Assembly: GCA_051294375.1 (NCBI GenBank)
Contig: JBJCIZ010000744.1
Coordinates: 982,262 to 1,046,261, forward strand
Origin: Paraspadella gotoi
Lineage: Eukaryota > Animalia > Chaetognatha
Direction: 5' to 3'
DNA length: 64,000 bases
The notes under the pieces are model-generated. The model was not told the origin of the DNA, did no database searches, and was given only the letters and a program-made list of their open reading frames with translations. Each line of letters begins with the position of its first letter. Within the stretch, counting starts at the first letter, position 1. Of the stretch, positions 1-11,576 are shown in pieces. Made by a program: the position numbers and the translations under genes.

Positions 1-186
1 CAATAACAATTTAAAAGACCTCAAGGATGAGAAGCCCTATCTAAATTTTCAGCTTCCTATGGTTACACACGAGCTATTTTATATGTTAAAACAGTGTGAT
101 AATAACGACGACTATGGTCACAAAAAAGCAAAGCAAATTAACATCTCACCCAAGTCGGGCTTTCGCCCGTCTGGCGAGATAAAAAA
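1..186 (+). mobile_element. Helentron/DINE-like non-autonomous repeat, 3' end
   Basis: Ends in a long imperfect hairpin ATCTCACCCAAGTCGGGC-TTTC-GCCCGTCTGGCGAGAT followed by an A-run. The same end recurs at 2922-2968 and 3327-3368, and partly at 6779 and 8917. Class assignment is inferred from the terminal hairpin architecture. Confidence 0.4.
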
Positions 187-299
187 GTTATAACCTTAAG
201 AAATTGTGTTCTTAATTTGAAAAGCCTAAAAGCTTGCTTGAATTGAAATGATAGTAAAATGGTTTATATCAAAACACAATAAAATCAAACCAAATCAAC

Positions 300-844
300 A
301 CTCGCCTCTGAATCTTCCCTCCCTCCCGCGCCAGCCCCAAATCAGCAAATAACAAAAAGCTACGCCCATCGACGTCATTTGGCGGCGCCGCCCGAAACCA
401 AAAATCGCGCCACGCGTCGCCGTTGACGAGACGATAAGCGTAGTCGGCGCCGGGCGTCAATCCGTACGTGACCGCATGGAGTATAATAAAGCGACAGTCG
501 TTGGGGCGCGGGAGGAAAGCGTGCAGGAAGAAGGGAAAGTGACGTTGGGAAATGGTCGCGGTCCAGCCGCGTCGTCCAACGATTTCGGTCCGCGAATCTC
601 AAGGTAATATCGTTGCCCGCTCGTCGAACGTCACCCAGGACACGCCCATTTCCTTTGGACGGCCATAAAACGTGAGGGACGCTTGCTGCGGCTGGAAAGA
701 GCCACGGATGAGCGGCTGGAGGCGGCGGCCAGCAGCGGGCGACGTTGGGGCCGACAAAGCAGCCGCCAAAATCGTTAGAAATAGATCGGACAACCAGGAG
801 AAGGGGAAATCAACCGCGCGGAAAATGGTCATGGAATTTGTCAA
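300..844 (-). CDS. Purple acid phosphatase (ACP7/PAPL-like), 5' exon, interrupted by an in-frame TGA or compensating frameshifts
   Basis: Signal-like stretch, then FQPQQASLTFYGRPKEMGVSWVTF (PAP N-terminal FN3-like domain), GLTPGADYAYRL and FLLFADLG (first metallophosphoesterase DxG motif). ORFs 599-844 and 269-460 are in the same frame, separated by TGA at 601-599. The gene continues off the left edge. Confidence 0.65.
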
Positions 845-2204
845 GGGGGAATAACTGGAGCGGTAGAGGAAGAGGCAGAAGAAAAACCAGGATCAAGACA
901 AAGTCAAACATCTGAACCCGTGACGGGATTTGATAACGATCCCGCCAAATCTCATTCGGTCCTTTATCAAAAACGTTTCAATAGGAGATCCTTGGATCAT
1001 CTGAGATTTATATCGCATGACAGATTTACTTGTATTAAAATTTAGATATAGCTTCTCATCATCAAAATCTTTTATATATTTCATGTTTTCATATGGATTT
1101 AAATATTCTTTGTATAAATTTCTTCAATATTATGACTTTCTGAAATATGCAAATTAGATATATTAAACTATATAATAATTTGCATATTGCAGTAAGTACT
1201 ATATTCTAATTTGCATATTGCAGTATATCATAATGAGAAGGAAATTCAAAAAAAAATACTTAAATCTATATGAGACATGTAATTTTAAAGATCTTAAAGA
1301 TGAGAAAACATAACTTAATTTTTCACTTACTATGATAACACATTTTTTTAACATTAATGTAATTCATAGTAGTTTTTATAATAAAAAAAATTGTAAACCG
1401 TAATAACCCTATATAAACCGTAGTAGTTTTATATAAAATTAAAGTATCTACTCATATATTACTATAAAAAATAAATAAAAATCCGGAAAAAAAAAGAATG
1501 ATTGATGTAATAGTAATTATTGATTAATATTAATTAATGATTGATAATAGTAATTGATTTATTGATGTAATAGTAATTGATTTGATTGTGTAATAGTAAT
1601 GATTGTTGATATACTTAGAGCCAAATTTAGCAAAAGGGTGGGTCAGAAGTTTGCATTTGGGAACCTTCCCAAATAAAACTTCTTCTGAGAAAACTTTCAA
1701 TGGACCACAAATTTTTAAAAATGGCTAGAAGCACTAATAATTAATTTTTTTTGAAATTTTATATTTTTAAAGGCAGATTCAGATAGCTTATGAAAGTTGT
1801 CTACACAAAGTATAATTTCTTTTTCAATATTTTGATGATAAGTGGGTTAAAATTGGTAAAAACCTTAAAAAATCATCATCATCATCAAGATGATGATTTT
1901 AAACAGTTTTTATAAATTTTTAGTAAAATTCTTAAAAAGAGTTTGTATCGTATATCTTTTTTTGCACTTAAGCATTTTCTAGCTTCTATCAGAAATCAAT
2001 TTAAAACTTAAATATATCAAGAAAAATTTTTTGGAACATTATATAGTAATCATAATAACATATCTTGGATAATTAATCGAATATACTCATGGTCTTGAAA
2101 TTTGTCAAAACAATATTTTAACACAATAATTAATACTCAATTAATGATTAGTTTAATTGCTCAGATTCCTATTAACATTGGAATTTGGTCGGCTAGCCGC
2201 TAAT

Positions 2205-2575
2205 ATAAATAATAATTGATTGATATAATAATAATTAATTCCTTGATGTAATAGCTATTGATTGATTGATGTAATAGTAAAGGATTGATGTAATAATAAT
2301 TAATTGATTGATATAATAGTAATTGATTGATTGATATAATAGTAATTGATTGCTGTAATAATAATTTATTGATTTATATAATAATAATAGATTGATTGAT
2401 ATAATAGTAATTGATTGATGTAATAGTAATTTAATGATAATTGATGCAATGATAACCAAATATTAATACGATGATAACCAAATATAGATGCGATGATAAC
2501 CAAATATTGATGCAATGATAACCAAATATAATCATTCATTAATGTGATGATAGACATTCATTGATGCGATGAGGC
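2205..2575. repeat. AT-rich minisatellites
   Basis: Tandem degenerate units TTGATTGATATAATAGTAA, then GATGCAATGATAACCAAATAT; a similar block lies at 1500-1605. Confidence 0.8.
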
Positions 2576-3018
2576 ATTCATTGTAAATAAAACATGCGTG
2601 TATGAATGAGAGAAAGAGAAAAAAGAAAAAGAAGCTGGACAGCCGCTGCACAGCTGAACTCGTTTCTAAACAAATCAGAGGCAACGACGGAAAAAAAGAG
2701 AAAAAAAGAGAGAGAAATAAAAAGAAGCTGGACAGCTGCTGAACAGCCGCTGGACTACCGCTACAAAGCGGAACTCATTTATAGATTGTATAAATTGTTT
2801 TTTAAATAAAACAAACAAATGCATGTAACAATATGAAACATAACAATTTAAAATACCTCAAGCAATTTCCAATGATAAAACAGCGTGACGACGACTGTCA
2901 TAAAGAAGCAGAAGCGAATTAACATCTGCCCAAGTCGGGCTTTAGCCTGTCTGGCGAGATAAAAAAAATGTAATAACGACGACGGTATGGTGGACTAAAA
3001 TCCACCAACCGTTCATCA

Positions 3019-3091
3019 GCGGCCATTGGTGCCGGAGGCAAGTCATTCGCCTCCCAACCCAAAGGTCCGGGGTTCTCGCCCGGTGGTCGTC
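3019..3091 (+). pseudogene. tRNA-Gly(CCC)-derived head of the family 1 element
   Basis: Acceptor stem GCGGCCA/TGGTCGT, A-box-like TGGTGCCGGAGG, loop CT-CCC-AA, T arm CCGGG-GTTCTCG-CCCGG. The anticodon stem is broken, so it is not a functional tRNA. Confidence 0.7.
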
Positions 3092-3092
3092 T

Positions 3093-3168
3093 GGCAGTTA
3101 AGAGGGACGGGGCGCTTAACCCGCCTGTAACATGGTGTTACAGCCTGATCCGAAGCTCAGGGACTGCT
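3093..3168 (+). ncRNA. Twister ribozyme, type P5 (family 1)
   Basis: P5 GGCAGUU/GACUGCU; GA-CGG pairs with L4 U-CCG-AAGC (T1); U^AA at 3117/3118; GC 3123-3124 (T2); P3 CUGUAACA/UGUUACAG; P4 CUGA/UCAG. P2 is 3 bp with a bulged A; P1 is reduced to GGCGCU. Confidence 0.75.
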
Positions 3169-3690
3169 TATATTGAACGGTTCTGTCATTAACACAACAA
3201 TAATTACTGTCTCTTCATTGGTGAGTCCGACTTCCGAACACAACAGCAACAACAACACTTTCATCAGCGGCCATTGGTGGATTTTAGTCCACCATAACGG
3301 TCACAAAGAAGCAGAAGCGAACCAAGATCTGCCCAAGACGGACTTTAGTCCGTCTAGCAAGATAAAAACTTAAAGATACAAAAAATGCACTTGATTCTAG
3401 TTGAAAAATTAATAAAACCAGATAATACAAATGCAAAAAATTGATAAAAAAAAGGTAAAAAGGCTGACAAATCCTTACTAAACTTCCAGGATGTTTGATA
3501 ATTAAAATCTCAAAATTAGCATTAATCATAATAATCATAATCACAAAAAGAAATTTTTCGTTAGCAATGAAAAGTTTATTGTCTCATATATTCAAATACA
3601 ACAGCTATTCAAAAATAGACTTTCGAGTTTGATCTTGTAGCATTAGCTAATATACAAATGTCATTGAATCAATGAACATCGATCTGAAAG

Positions 3691-6121
3691 TCAAGCTTCA
3701 TCATCGGATGATAATTCGTCATTGTCTTCTTCTTCAGCTTTCTCCGCCAATTCGCGATGCCATCGAATCGTTTGGACGAGGGCACTGACCTCCAGATCCA
3801 AGGGTCGACCCTCTCCTCCGCGGTTCCACAATCTTTCCCTGCGCCGTTCGGCCGACCCCGCCTTCGAAGCTGGCGGACTCCAGCCGATCGACGAGTCTGA
3901 GTCTTCAGCAGCGGCTGCCTCTGCCTCCGCGGCAACATCGGCGGTGGCGTTGACAGAGACGAAACCCTCCGCAGTCGACGAGACCTCGAAGGAGTCGAGC
4001 AACGTCTCCGCGTCCGAAGTGGCCGGCTCCAATGATTCTTGAGAAACTGGATCCTCGGACGTCAAAATTCTGTCGAGGGAATCGAGGAGAGTCAAGGCTT
4101 CGTCTACGGAATATCCGAGAGGCTGGAGATCCTCCTCGGGAGTCTCCGGCGACGGCGTCGACGAGGATTCCCCCTTCGTCTCCATCGAGGAGGAGGTGAA
4201 GTCCATGGAGGATTCCCGCGGGAAGTCGCTCGGCTCGCTGCATCCTTCGAGATCGACGGAGAGACTGTCTCGCCTCTTTCGGAAGGTGACGCCTCTGATG
4301 GGGTTGCTCACGTCAGAAGGAGGGTATGACGTCAACGTCGTGGAGGTAAAGTCAATATTGGACGGAAATTCCGTAATCGAAACCTCATCCCTGGAGGGAT
4401 CATCGATGCGACAAAGATCATGGCCACTTTCTGGTCGTCGTCGTTGTTTCGAGTCTGAGTTGCGCCGATCGGAGGATTTGTGATGATCAGACAAGGATTT
4501 CTGTGTATCGTACAAGGATTTGTGTTGATCGGACAAGGATTTGTGTCTATCATACGATGATTTGTGTCTATTGTACGAGGATTTGTGTCGACAGTACAAG
4601 GATTTGTGTCGACAGTACGAGGATTTCTGTGGATGGTACAAGGATTTGTGTCGAACCCATGAGGATTTCTGTGGATTGTAAAATGATTTGTGTTGATCAT
4701 ACGAGGATTTGTGTTGATCGTATGAGGATTTGTGTCGATCATGCAAATATTTGTGTCGATCAGGCAAGGATTTGTGTCGATTGTACGAAGATTGGTGTCG
4801 ATCATAGGATTTGTGTCGATCGTAGGATTTGTGGTGATGGTAGGTTTTGTGGCGATATCGCCGACTGGATTGTCGATCATCAGAAAATTCTGACTCATAT
4901 TGGTTAAAGGAGACAGATTTGCATGGATCAAGTGACATCGGTTTCCATCGATCGCGCGGACTGGATTCATGACTCCAGATGACTGACTGGTTTTCCTTGT
5001 ATGAGACAGATTTGTGTGGATAACGCAAACTTGATTTGAGTCGATTATGCTGAATTGATTCACTACTGTTATTTGACTCAGGGTGATATTTTTGACTTGG
5101 TCGATGGTAAACAAATGATTGCCATAAATCTAAGGAAGTCGATCTACTACGATCTTCATTATTTATTGAAAAGTCGGGCAAAAAAGATTCGGACGGAAAT
5201 TTGCGGGAACATCTGTTGGCATTGGATTGAACGTTGTAAAAACATCTGTCATTGTCGGACGGGACATTGGTTTCACACGGCATGTCGCTGGAATATCTGT
5301 TGGTTTCAGATGAGTCCTTGTTAGAATATTTGTTGGTTTCAGATACATCATTGCAGAAATATCTGGTGGAGTCACACGGCATGTCGCTTGAATATCTGGT
5401 TTCAGACGGGTCTTCACAGGAATAAATATTGGTTTCACAAGGCACGTCACTGGAATATCTGTTGGTTTCAGAAGCATCATTGCAGAAATATCTGTTGGTG
5501 TCACATGGCATATCGCTTGAATATCTGGTTTCAGAAGGGTCTTCACAGGAATAAACATTAGTTTCACAAGGCACGTCACTGGAATATCTGTTGGTTTCAA
5601 AAGGGCCATCGAAGGAACGTTTGTTGGTCTTGGGTCGGAAACAAACATCACAGATGGAAGGCGACTTCTTGGCGCAGGAAAGGACGCTTTGACAGGAAAT
5701 GTAAGTTCGATTGTTGTTCGATTCCGCGTTCAAATTCTTCCCCAAGGACGACCCCTCTTCTAGAGAACGATACCCGTCGCTCTTCCACCAAAAAAGTCTC
5801 TTGAGTAAACCGGGCTGGGTGGCGTTGAGGTTTAGACCCGTCTCTTCGGGCGAACACTTGAGCTTCCCGCTGAGATAGAGAGCGAGGAGTACTCCGCTGA
5901 TCATGGCGAAAATGGATCCGACGATGATGGCGGCGATGGGGCTCTCCTTTACCTTCACGACCTCCGTGACCTTTCTTGGCGTGTAGTGCTCAGCCTCTTC
6001 GATTTCGCTCGATCCAGTTCCTGACCCGTTTCCTCGTCCTGAACCAGGAGACGAGAACGGAGGTAAAGCCTTTCGATCTTTTAACAAATTCTTTATGGTT
6101 TTCTCTGTCAGCGACGAGTAC
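3691..6121 (-). CDS. Uncharacterised single-pass membrane protein with tandem peptide repeats (large terminal exon)
   Basis: About 800-codon open frame after acceptor TTACGTCAG|G at 6121. TM segment PIAAIIVGSIFAMISGVLLALYL, ~12-aa ETNRYSSDxPC repeats, 7-aa HKSxYDR repeats and an acidic tail. Upstream coding exon not identified. Confidence 0.65.
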
Positions 6122-6286
6122 CTGACGTAAGTATAAAAATTCTTTATATATTTTATATATTCTTTATGGTTTTCTCTGGCAGCGACGAGTACCTGACGTA
6201 AGTATAAAAATATTTTATATAAAAATACACTGATTTTTTTTCGTTAGCAACATTTCGTGACTGCATATCTATGCAACTGTAAACTC

Positions 6287-6335
6287 TAAATGCTGATGAA
6301 GACTCGAACCCAAAGAGTCGAAACATGTCCGTCTA
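6287..6335 (+). ncRNA. Minimal type I hammerhead ribozyme motif (Penelope-like element type), probably degenerate
   Basis: CUGAUGA (6293-6299), extra A, stem II GACUC/GAGUC, GAAA (6320-6323), palindromic ACAUGU stem III, GUC cleavage triplet. Stem I UAAAUG/CGUCUA has one mismatch and one G-U pair; AATAAA follows. Confidence 0.6.
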
Positions 6336-6799
6336 TTAAAATAAATCCTTGTAAGTTGTAACAAATTCAAAACCAATTTTTTTACTCTAGAGAGTATAAT
6401 GATTGTCGGTTTTGAAGGTCTGGGTTTGGAATTTCCTATGATATATTATATAGCATTTTTGCAATGAGTTCTTTATTTGGTAACTGATTATTGCAAAAAT
6501 TAAGAAAATTAAGAAAGTTAGACATTAGTCATATTTTCATCGCAGAGGAATCAAACTCAGGAAACGAAATCGGATCAGCGACTCGAGGTAAAATTCGCCG
6601 GAAGTAGAATGGAACCCTCTCATTGGCCAGGAGACAAATGCATTAAAATAAAAACCTCAAGTTTTAAAGCATTATAATATTAAAATATTTTGTAATAACA
6701 ATTTATTAAAATTCTTTTAAACTTATAGCAACTATGAATTTTTCAAATAAAAAAATATTTTTGTATAACAACAACTATATCTCGCCCAAGCCTTAAAAC

Positions 6800-7597
6800 T
6801 CACCACATTCTGATATTCTCCAAGGAAGCGTTGCCGGCCCTCGTCTCCAAGACCATTATACCGATGCAATGGGTCAAAATGACCCGCCCCATATCGATGG
6901 TCCCGTTAAAAGCATTCTTTCCTTTAAAGAGGGTGACCCATTTCCCTTTGGCCGAAACGTTCCAGCAATGAGCGTGTTTCGATCCCTGGATCTCGTACTT
7001 GACGGGAGCCGAGTCCAGGGCCTTAGGATTTGCCTCGAACGAAAAGTTGTACACTAATTTCGGATGAGGAAATTTCCAGAAAATTCGAATCGGAAGAGAA
7101 TTTCCTTTCCCGCTGTGCCACGTGGAAACGTAACCCTTGGGCCTGACCGCCCTCGGATTGCGCCTGTAATCTTTACAAGCGACGGGAGGTCGATTCTTTA
7201 ATTTTCCCTTGTCCACTTTGGTCAAGGGACAAACGCAGTGGGCGTTGTCGTAGCCGCAGTAATTAAAGGGGGAACAGCAAGGGCGTCGTCCGTGAGGATC
7301 GCATCCACGGTCGCCGCCGCACATGCCGCTGTCGTCGTAGTAAAGTTTGGGTTTGATCTTGGAGAATGCCTCGTGCGGAGTGTGGAGAGTCCGTTTGAAT
7401 TCGCCCGTGTCGTAGGCGCCGCCGTGGCGGTTCTGACTCTCTTTCTCTAACTTGAGCCACTCGGCTTCTTTGAGTGAAGCGAGGATCGTCTTACGAAGGT
7501 AAGCGTATGGGTCGGGCGTCGTCGGCGGCGAGGTAGGGTCACGAAAGCAGCGGCTCCAAGGTATATTCATTATAATCAAGAGGAAGATTTCGCGCAT
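6800..7597 (-). CDS. Secreted protein with a chitin-binding type 1 (hevein-like) domain and a C-terminal discoidin/galactose-binding-like domain
   Basis: Intronless, 265 aa from MREIFLLIIM (signal-like). CGGDRGCDPHGRRPCCSPFNYCGYDNAHCVC fits the CCSxxxYCG hevein motif. The C-terminal part (WHSGKG...FSF...APVKYEIQGS...W) resembles an F5/8-type fold. Confidence 0.7.
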   Translation of the reverse strand: MREIFLLIIMNIPWSRCFRDPTSPPTTPDPYAYLRKTILASLKEAEWLKLEKESQNRHGGAYDTGEFKRTLHTPHEAFSKIKPKLYYDDSGMCGGDRGCDPHGRRPCCSPFNYCGYDNAHCVCPLTKVDKGKLKNRPPVACKDYRRNPRAVRPKGYVSTWHSGKGNSLPIRIFWKFPHPKLVYNFSFEANPKALDSAPVKYEIQGSKHAHCWNVSAKGKWVTLFKGKNAFNGTIDMGRVILTHCIGIMVLETRAGNASLENIRMW

Positions 7598-7953
7598 GAT
7601 TCTCGATTTTTTATTAATCAGAAAGATGACTTTTAATTTCTTTATAAAAAAAAAAAACAAATACAAGGTTAAAACTTACGGGGAAAAAATTGACAAGTTC
7701 AAATTTAGTCAGGCTTTATCTTCATTGTTACAACCTGAACAAAAATCATTATGTAGTTGGCAATGATTTTAGTTTAAAAAATCATTAGTTTTTTGGTCTT
7801 GGCTTGCTTTAAAAATTGAAGATTTAATAATATTTTATATTAAAGAAAACGCAATATATTTTGAAAACTTCTGTCTTCATCTTTATGCCCTTGTTGAATA
7901 CATAAGTTGAGTACCGTTGGCTCGACAAACGAAAGTACGAATGAGTAAAATAG

Positions 7954-8310
7954 TGTGGCGGTAAATTTACACCTCGTCAGCCTCACCAACATTCTGCGAA
8001 ATTCCAGTTGCTCAGAGCGAGAGCGCACCATCACAACCATGCCATGTATACCTATTACCAAATCCTAACGACTTCCTTCTGAGTTAACGGTCACAGTAAC
8101 AAGTGGCGACTCGGAGGGACCTGAGCCAGATAGTATCTTTATCTCCATATAATCAATTAGGAGAAGATGATCCTAACTATTTTTACAATTAATTCCAGTC
8201 TATCGATCCCCAAATGGTCATTCCAGTCTATCGATCCCCAAATGGCCATTCCAGCCTATCGATCCCCATATGGTCATTCCAGTCTAACAATCCCCAAATG
8301 GCCTTCCCAA
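7954..8310 (+). mobile_element. Truncated LTR element related to the 49.6-kb element (5' LTR, PBS, internal minisatellite)
   Basis: Starts TGTGGCGG and aligns with the first ~120 bp of the 49577 LTR. Ends ...AACA at 8101, then AG and PBS-like TGGCGACTCGG. About four 28-bp units TTCCAGTCTATCGATCCCCAAATGGTCA at 8193-8310. No 3' LTR seen. Confidence 0.6.
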
Positions 8311-11300
8311 TCATCTATCATCACGGTGATAAACTCGTCGGTTCCTCGGTGCCCTCGCCGGCCCACCCTCAACTGGTCAGCGGATCGCGGCCATCTTGGA
8401 AGAGGCCGCCGCGGAATGGGGGAACGAGGTCAAAGGGTTTGGTATCCAATCTCTGTCACTTTTATTTCCGAGTTTATTTATAGAACCTAAAAATTTAGAG
8501 AAGTATAGTGATCTCGCCAGCAAGAATTAGTAAAAAGTTAATTCGAAAAAAAAAAGAAAAAAAAATTATTCCAGAATATTAATTTTTAAAGATTATTTAT
8601 CTAAAATCGTTATTTCGAAATTGTAAATTTCAAAATATGAATAAAAAATAAAACAACTTTTAATGTCATCGCAGAGGAATCAGGATTCGGAAATAAAATG
8701 AGACTCTCATTGTCCGAACCACCAATGGCATCGACCAATGATTGCATGGGCTTTTTACTTAAATGATATAAATATCAAATGAAGAAATAAATAAAATAAT
8801 AAGCAACCGTATCTTAATTATTAGTTTTATGCAATTATATTCGTATTATACTAAATTATACATAAAAAGCTTAATGACGATAAAAAGGACAACGCTTAAA
8901 AGCAGAACTAAAACATTATCTCGCCCAAGCTTAAAAGGCTGGCGAATGGCGAAATAAAAACCAAAACATTGTTTCCTGAGTTGTTTCAAATAAAACAAAC
9001 ATTAAATGAGATCTACTATTATGAATCTGAAGAGATTTAAGTAACTTTTCCTTTCCTTTTCACAAAATCAATGTAAATCTGTTTAATTTTTTTTTGTAAA
9101 TAAAAACTTTATTCAACGTATAACTTAAGTGAACAGTTTAAAAACAAGGTTGGGCAGAAATAAGGTAAAAGTACTGAAACCAACAGAATAGAAAAATTGT
9201 TAATGTTGCAGTGACTTCTCAAAAATCCAGTGGCTGCGCCAATATATGTAAATCGGTTTTAGATTTAATAGTAGAAATCTATTATGAAATTAAATTCAAT
9301 AGGGGTGGGGGTACAAAACTTTAGTCTTGAAGTTTACTTTCAGGTAAAAAAAATATTCTTAAAAAAAGTTTAATTTTAATGCTTTTATTGTTACTATCAA
9401 AATTATAATATTACTATTTTTTTAAATAATCTTAACTTTTTTGGATAGATTCTGATAGAGCATAAAAAGTTAAATAAAAAAATAAATAAGAAAATAAGAA
9501 AAAAGAAAAAAGAAAAAAGAAAAAAAAGTTATAAAATTATCGAAAGATAATGATGATGATTATTCGTAGTTTTTCATATTTTTCACCCACTTACTATCAA
9601 AATATTCAAAAAAGAATTATACTTTGTATAGACAACTTTTTGCAAGCTACCTGAAACTGATCTTAAAAAAAAAAATCTTTAAAATTTTTTTTGCTTTTCC
9701 TATTTATAAATTAATATTAAAAAATTAATATATATGGTATGGAGTAGTATTACAATTTTTTGCCTATTCAAATTGTTTTTAAAATTTTTAAATTTTCGTT
9801 TGAGCAGGTGCTTAATTCAAATTTCTTAACCACTTTACTGAGTTAGGCTACCTCTATTAATAATGAACTGTTTCATTGGATTTTTTTCTGTTTATAAAAT
9901 AATAAATTTTAATAAAACTATGCAAGTTTTGCTATTGTTATAAGCATAATTTTTAACTGTAACATTTATTTAAATATAACTTTTTCACTAAAATAAACTA
10001 ATATTTAATTTTATAATAATAATATAAAATAATAAAAAAAATTAAAAAATATTTTAATATTTTAATATTTTGTTAAAAAGCAAATACAAAAGAAGATCTA
10101 ATGAGTGCAGATAAAGTTTATTTTAAATAATCCTTATAAAAAGTCTCATTATTTGTAGAACATTTTAATAAAATAAATTAAAAATATAAAAAAAATAACT
10201 TAGTAAATGTATTTAAAATAAATTTATATACCATTTTATTTTTTAAAATACTTTTTTGTTAATAAAACCATCTAGTTTATTAAGACTAAAACTGGAAAAA
10301 ATTTACTATTTTGTATAAAGCAATGCTAGGGAAAAACTGGTGGACGCAGACAGAAGAGCAAATTTTTATAAAAAATAAAAGGAAATTGCTCATAATAAAA
10401 AGTAAATGAAGCAAAAAAAATGTAATATTTCAGGGTTAAAAAAAAAAACAAAAAAACCTGATACTTTTGTTGTATTTTAAAGGCAAAAAGTGAGAATGTG
10501 CGACGGTAATCAATCGAGGTTCACTTTTTCACACATACTAAACGATCAAATATAACATTCTTAATAAGTCCAGCTATATCCAAATCATTTGAAAAACTTT
10601 TTTCAGAATTCGCGGTCACGGAGAAATCTCACGCAGTTGACAATTTTGTCCAGTGAGATTAAAACGCCCCTTCTTAAAAAAATGAGATCAATTGGAAAAG
10701 CGAGTCGGTTTCTTTGTAGATGATTATGATTCTAAAAATAAATTATTTAATCATGCTCATCATTGACATTAGAATCTAAAATATAATGATGGGAATAAGG
10801 AATAGGAAATGTGGGTCTACGCATCAACGATCCACAGGAGGGACAATTTTTGATGTCAAGTTTATGCGAATAAATAATGCGAGCGAATATCTACTCCGTA
10901 AACTGGAGAGAAATCTTAAACGTTACATAACTTGTTATGAGAACATGAAGCAAGCTCTAATAATAAATATGACTTCAAACAGGATATAGTATAATTTAAA
11001 TATGAAATAATATGGACTAAATCATAGATGATATATTTGAAAAACAAAGCAACGGAAGAACTAATTGGTTCTTAGTGAAACCGAGTTTAATGACCAAAAA
11101 AAAAACAAACATTTAATCGGAAGACGAAAAGTCGTGAGCGGGTTCTAATACGATTTCAGTTTTATTCACTGATTACATCTGGACAAACGGACTTACAGAC
11201 ATGCGGACCAACATCTCCGTTTTCGACCGCGTTATAAAAATATTGTCGTTTGTTTGTCATAAATAGGTTATAAACTTTAAAAAGTGTTAAAAGGGCAACT

Positions 11301-11576
11301 CTATAGAAGTAGAAATTAATGAAAAACGGAGCGAAACTAAATAGAAATGAAAAACAAGATGAATTTCATTAAAATTAAATAAATAAATTACTAATAAATT
11401 ACTAATGTAAAATGATACAATGCGAAAGTTAATAACAAAGCTTTATCCCACGATGGGAAGAGATCGTGAGATCGAGAGATCAACAATGTGCGGCGATTAG
11501 GAAATCAAATCCAGCGTCAACCCGAGATTCTGCAATTAAATTCTCGGCCGTCGACCCCAGCCCATCGGGCACGGCC

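Larger units (their letters stand above)
2986..3296 (+). mobile_element. tRNA-derived, twister-containing SINE-like element (family 1), full copy
   Basis: Near-identical copy at 32480-32710 (minus), noisy copy at 56362-56573, start of a copy at 50723-50760. Terminal inverted repeat TATGGTGGACTAAAATCCACCAA / TTGGTGGATTTTAGTCCACCATA, flanked by ACGG on both sides (2982-2985, 3297-3300), inserted into a Helentron-like repeat. (CAA)n-like tract at 3239-3256. Confidence 0.8.

Noticed and set aside
3019-3091. Functional tRNA-Gly gene
   Set aside because: Anticodon stem cannot pair, T loop is non-canonical, and it is embedded in a dispersed repeat.
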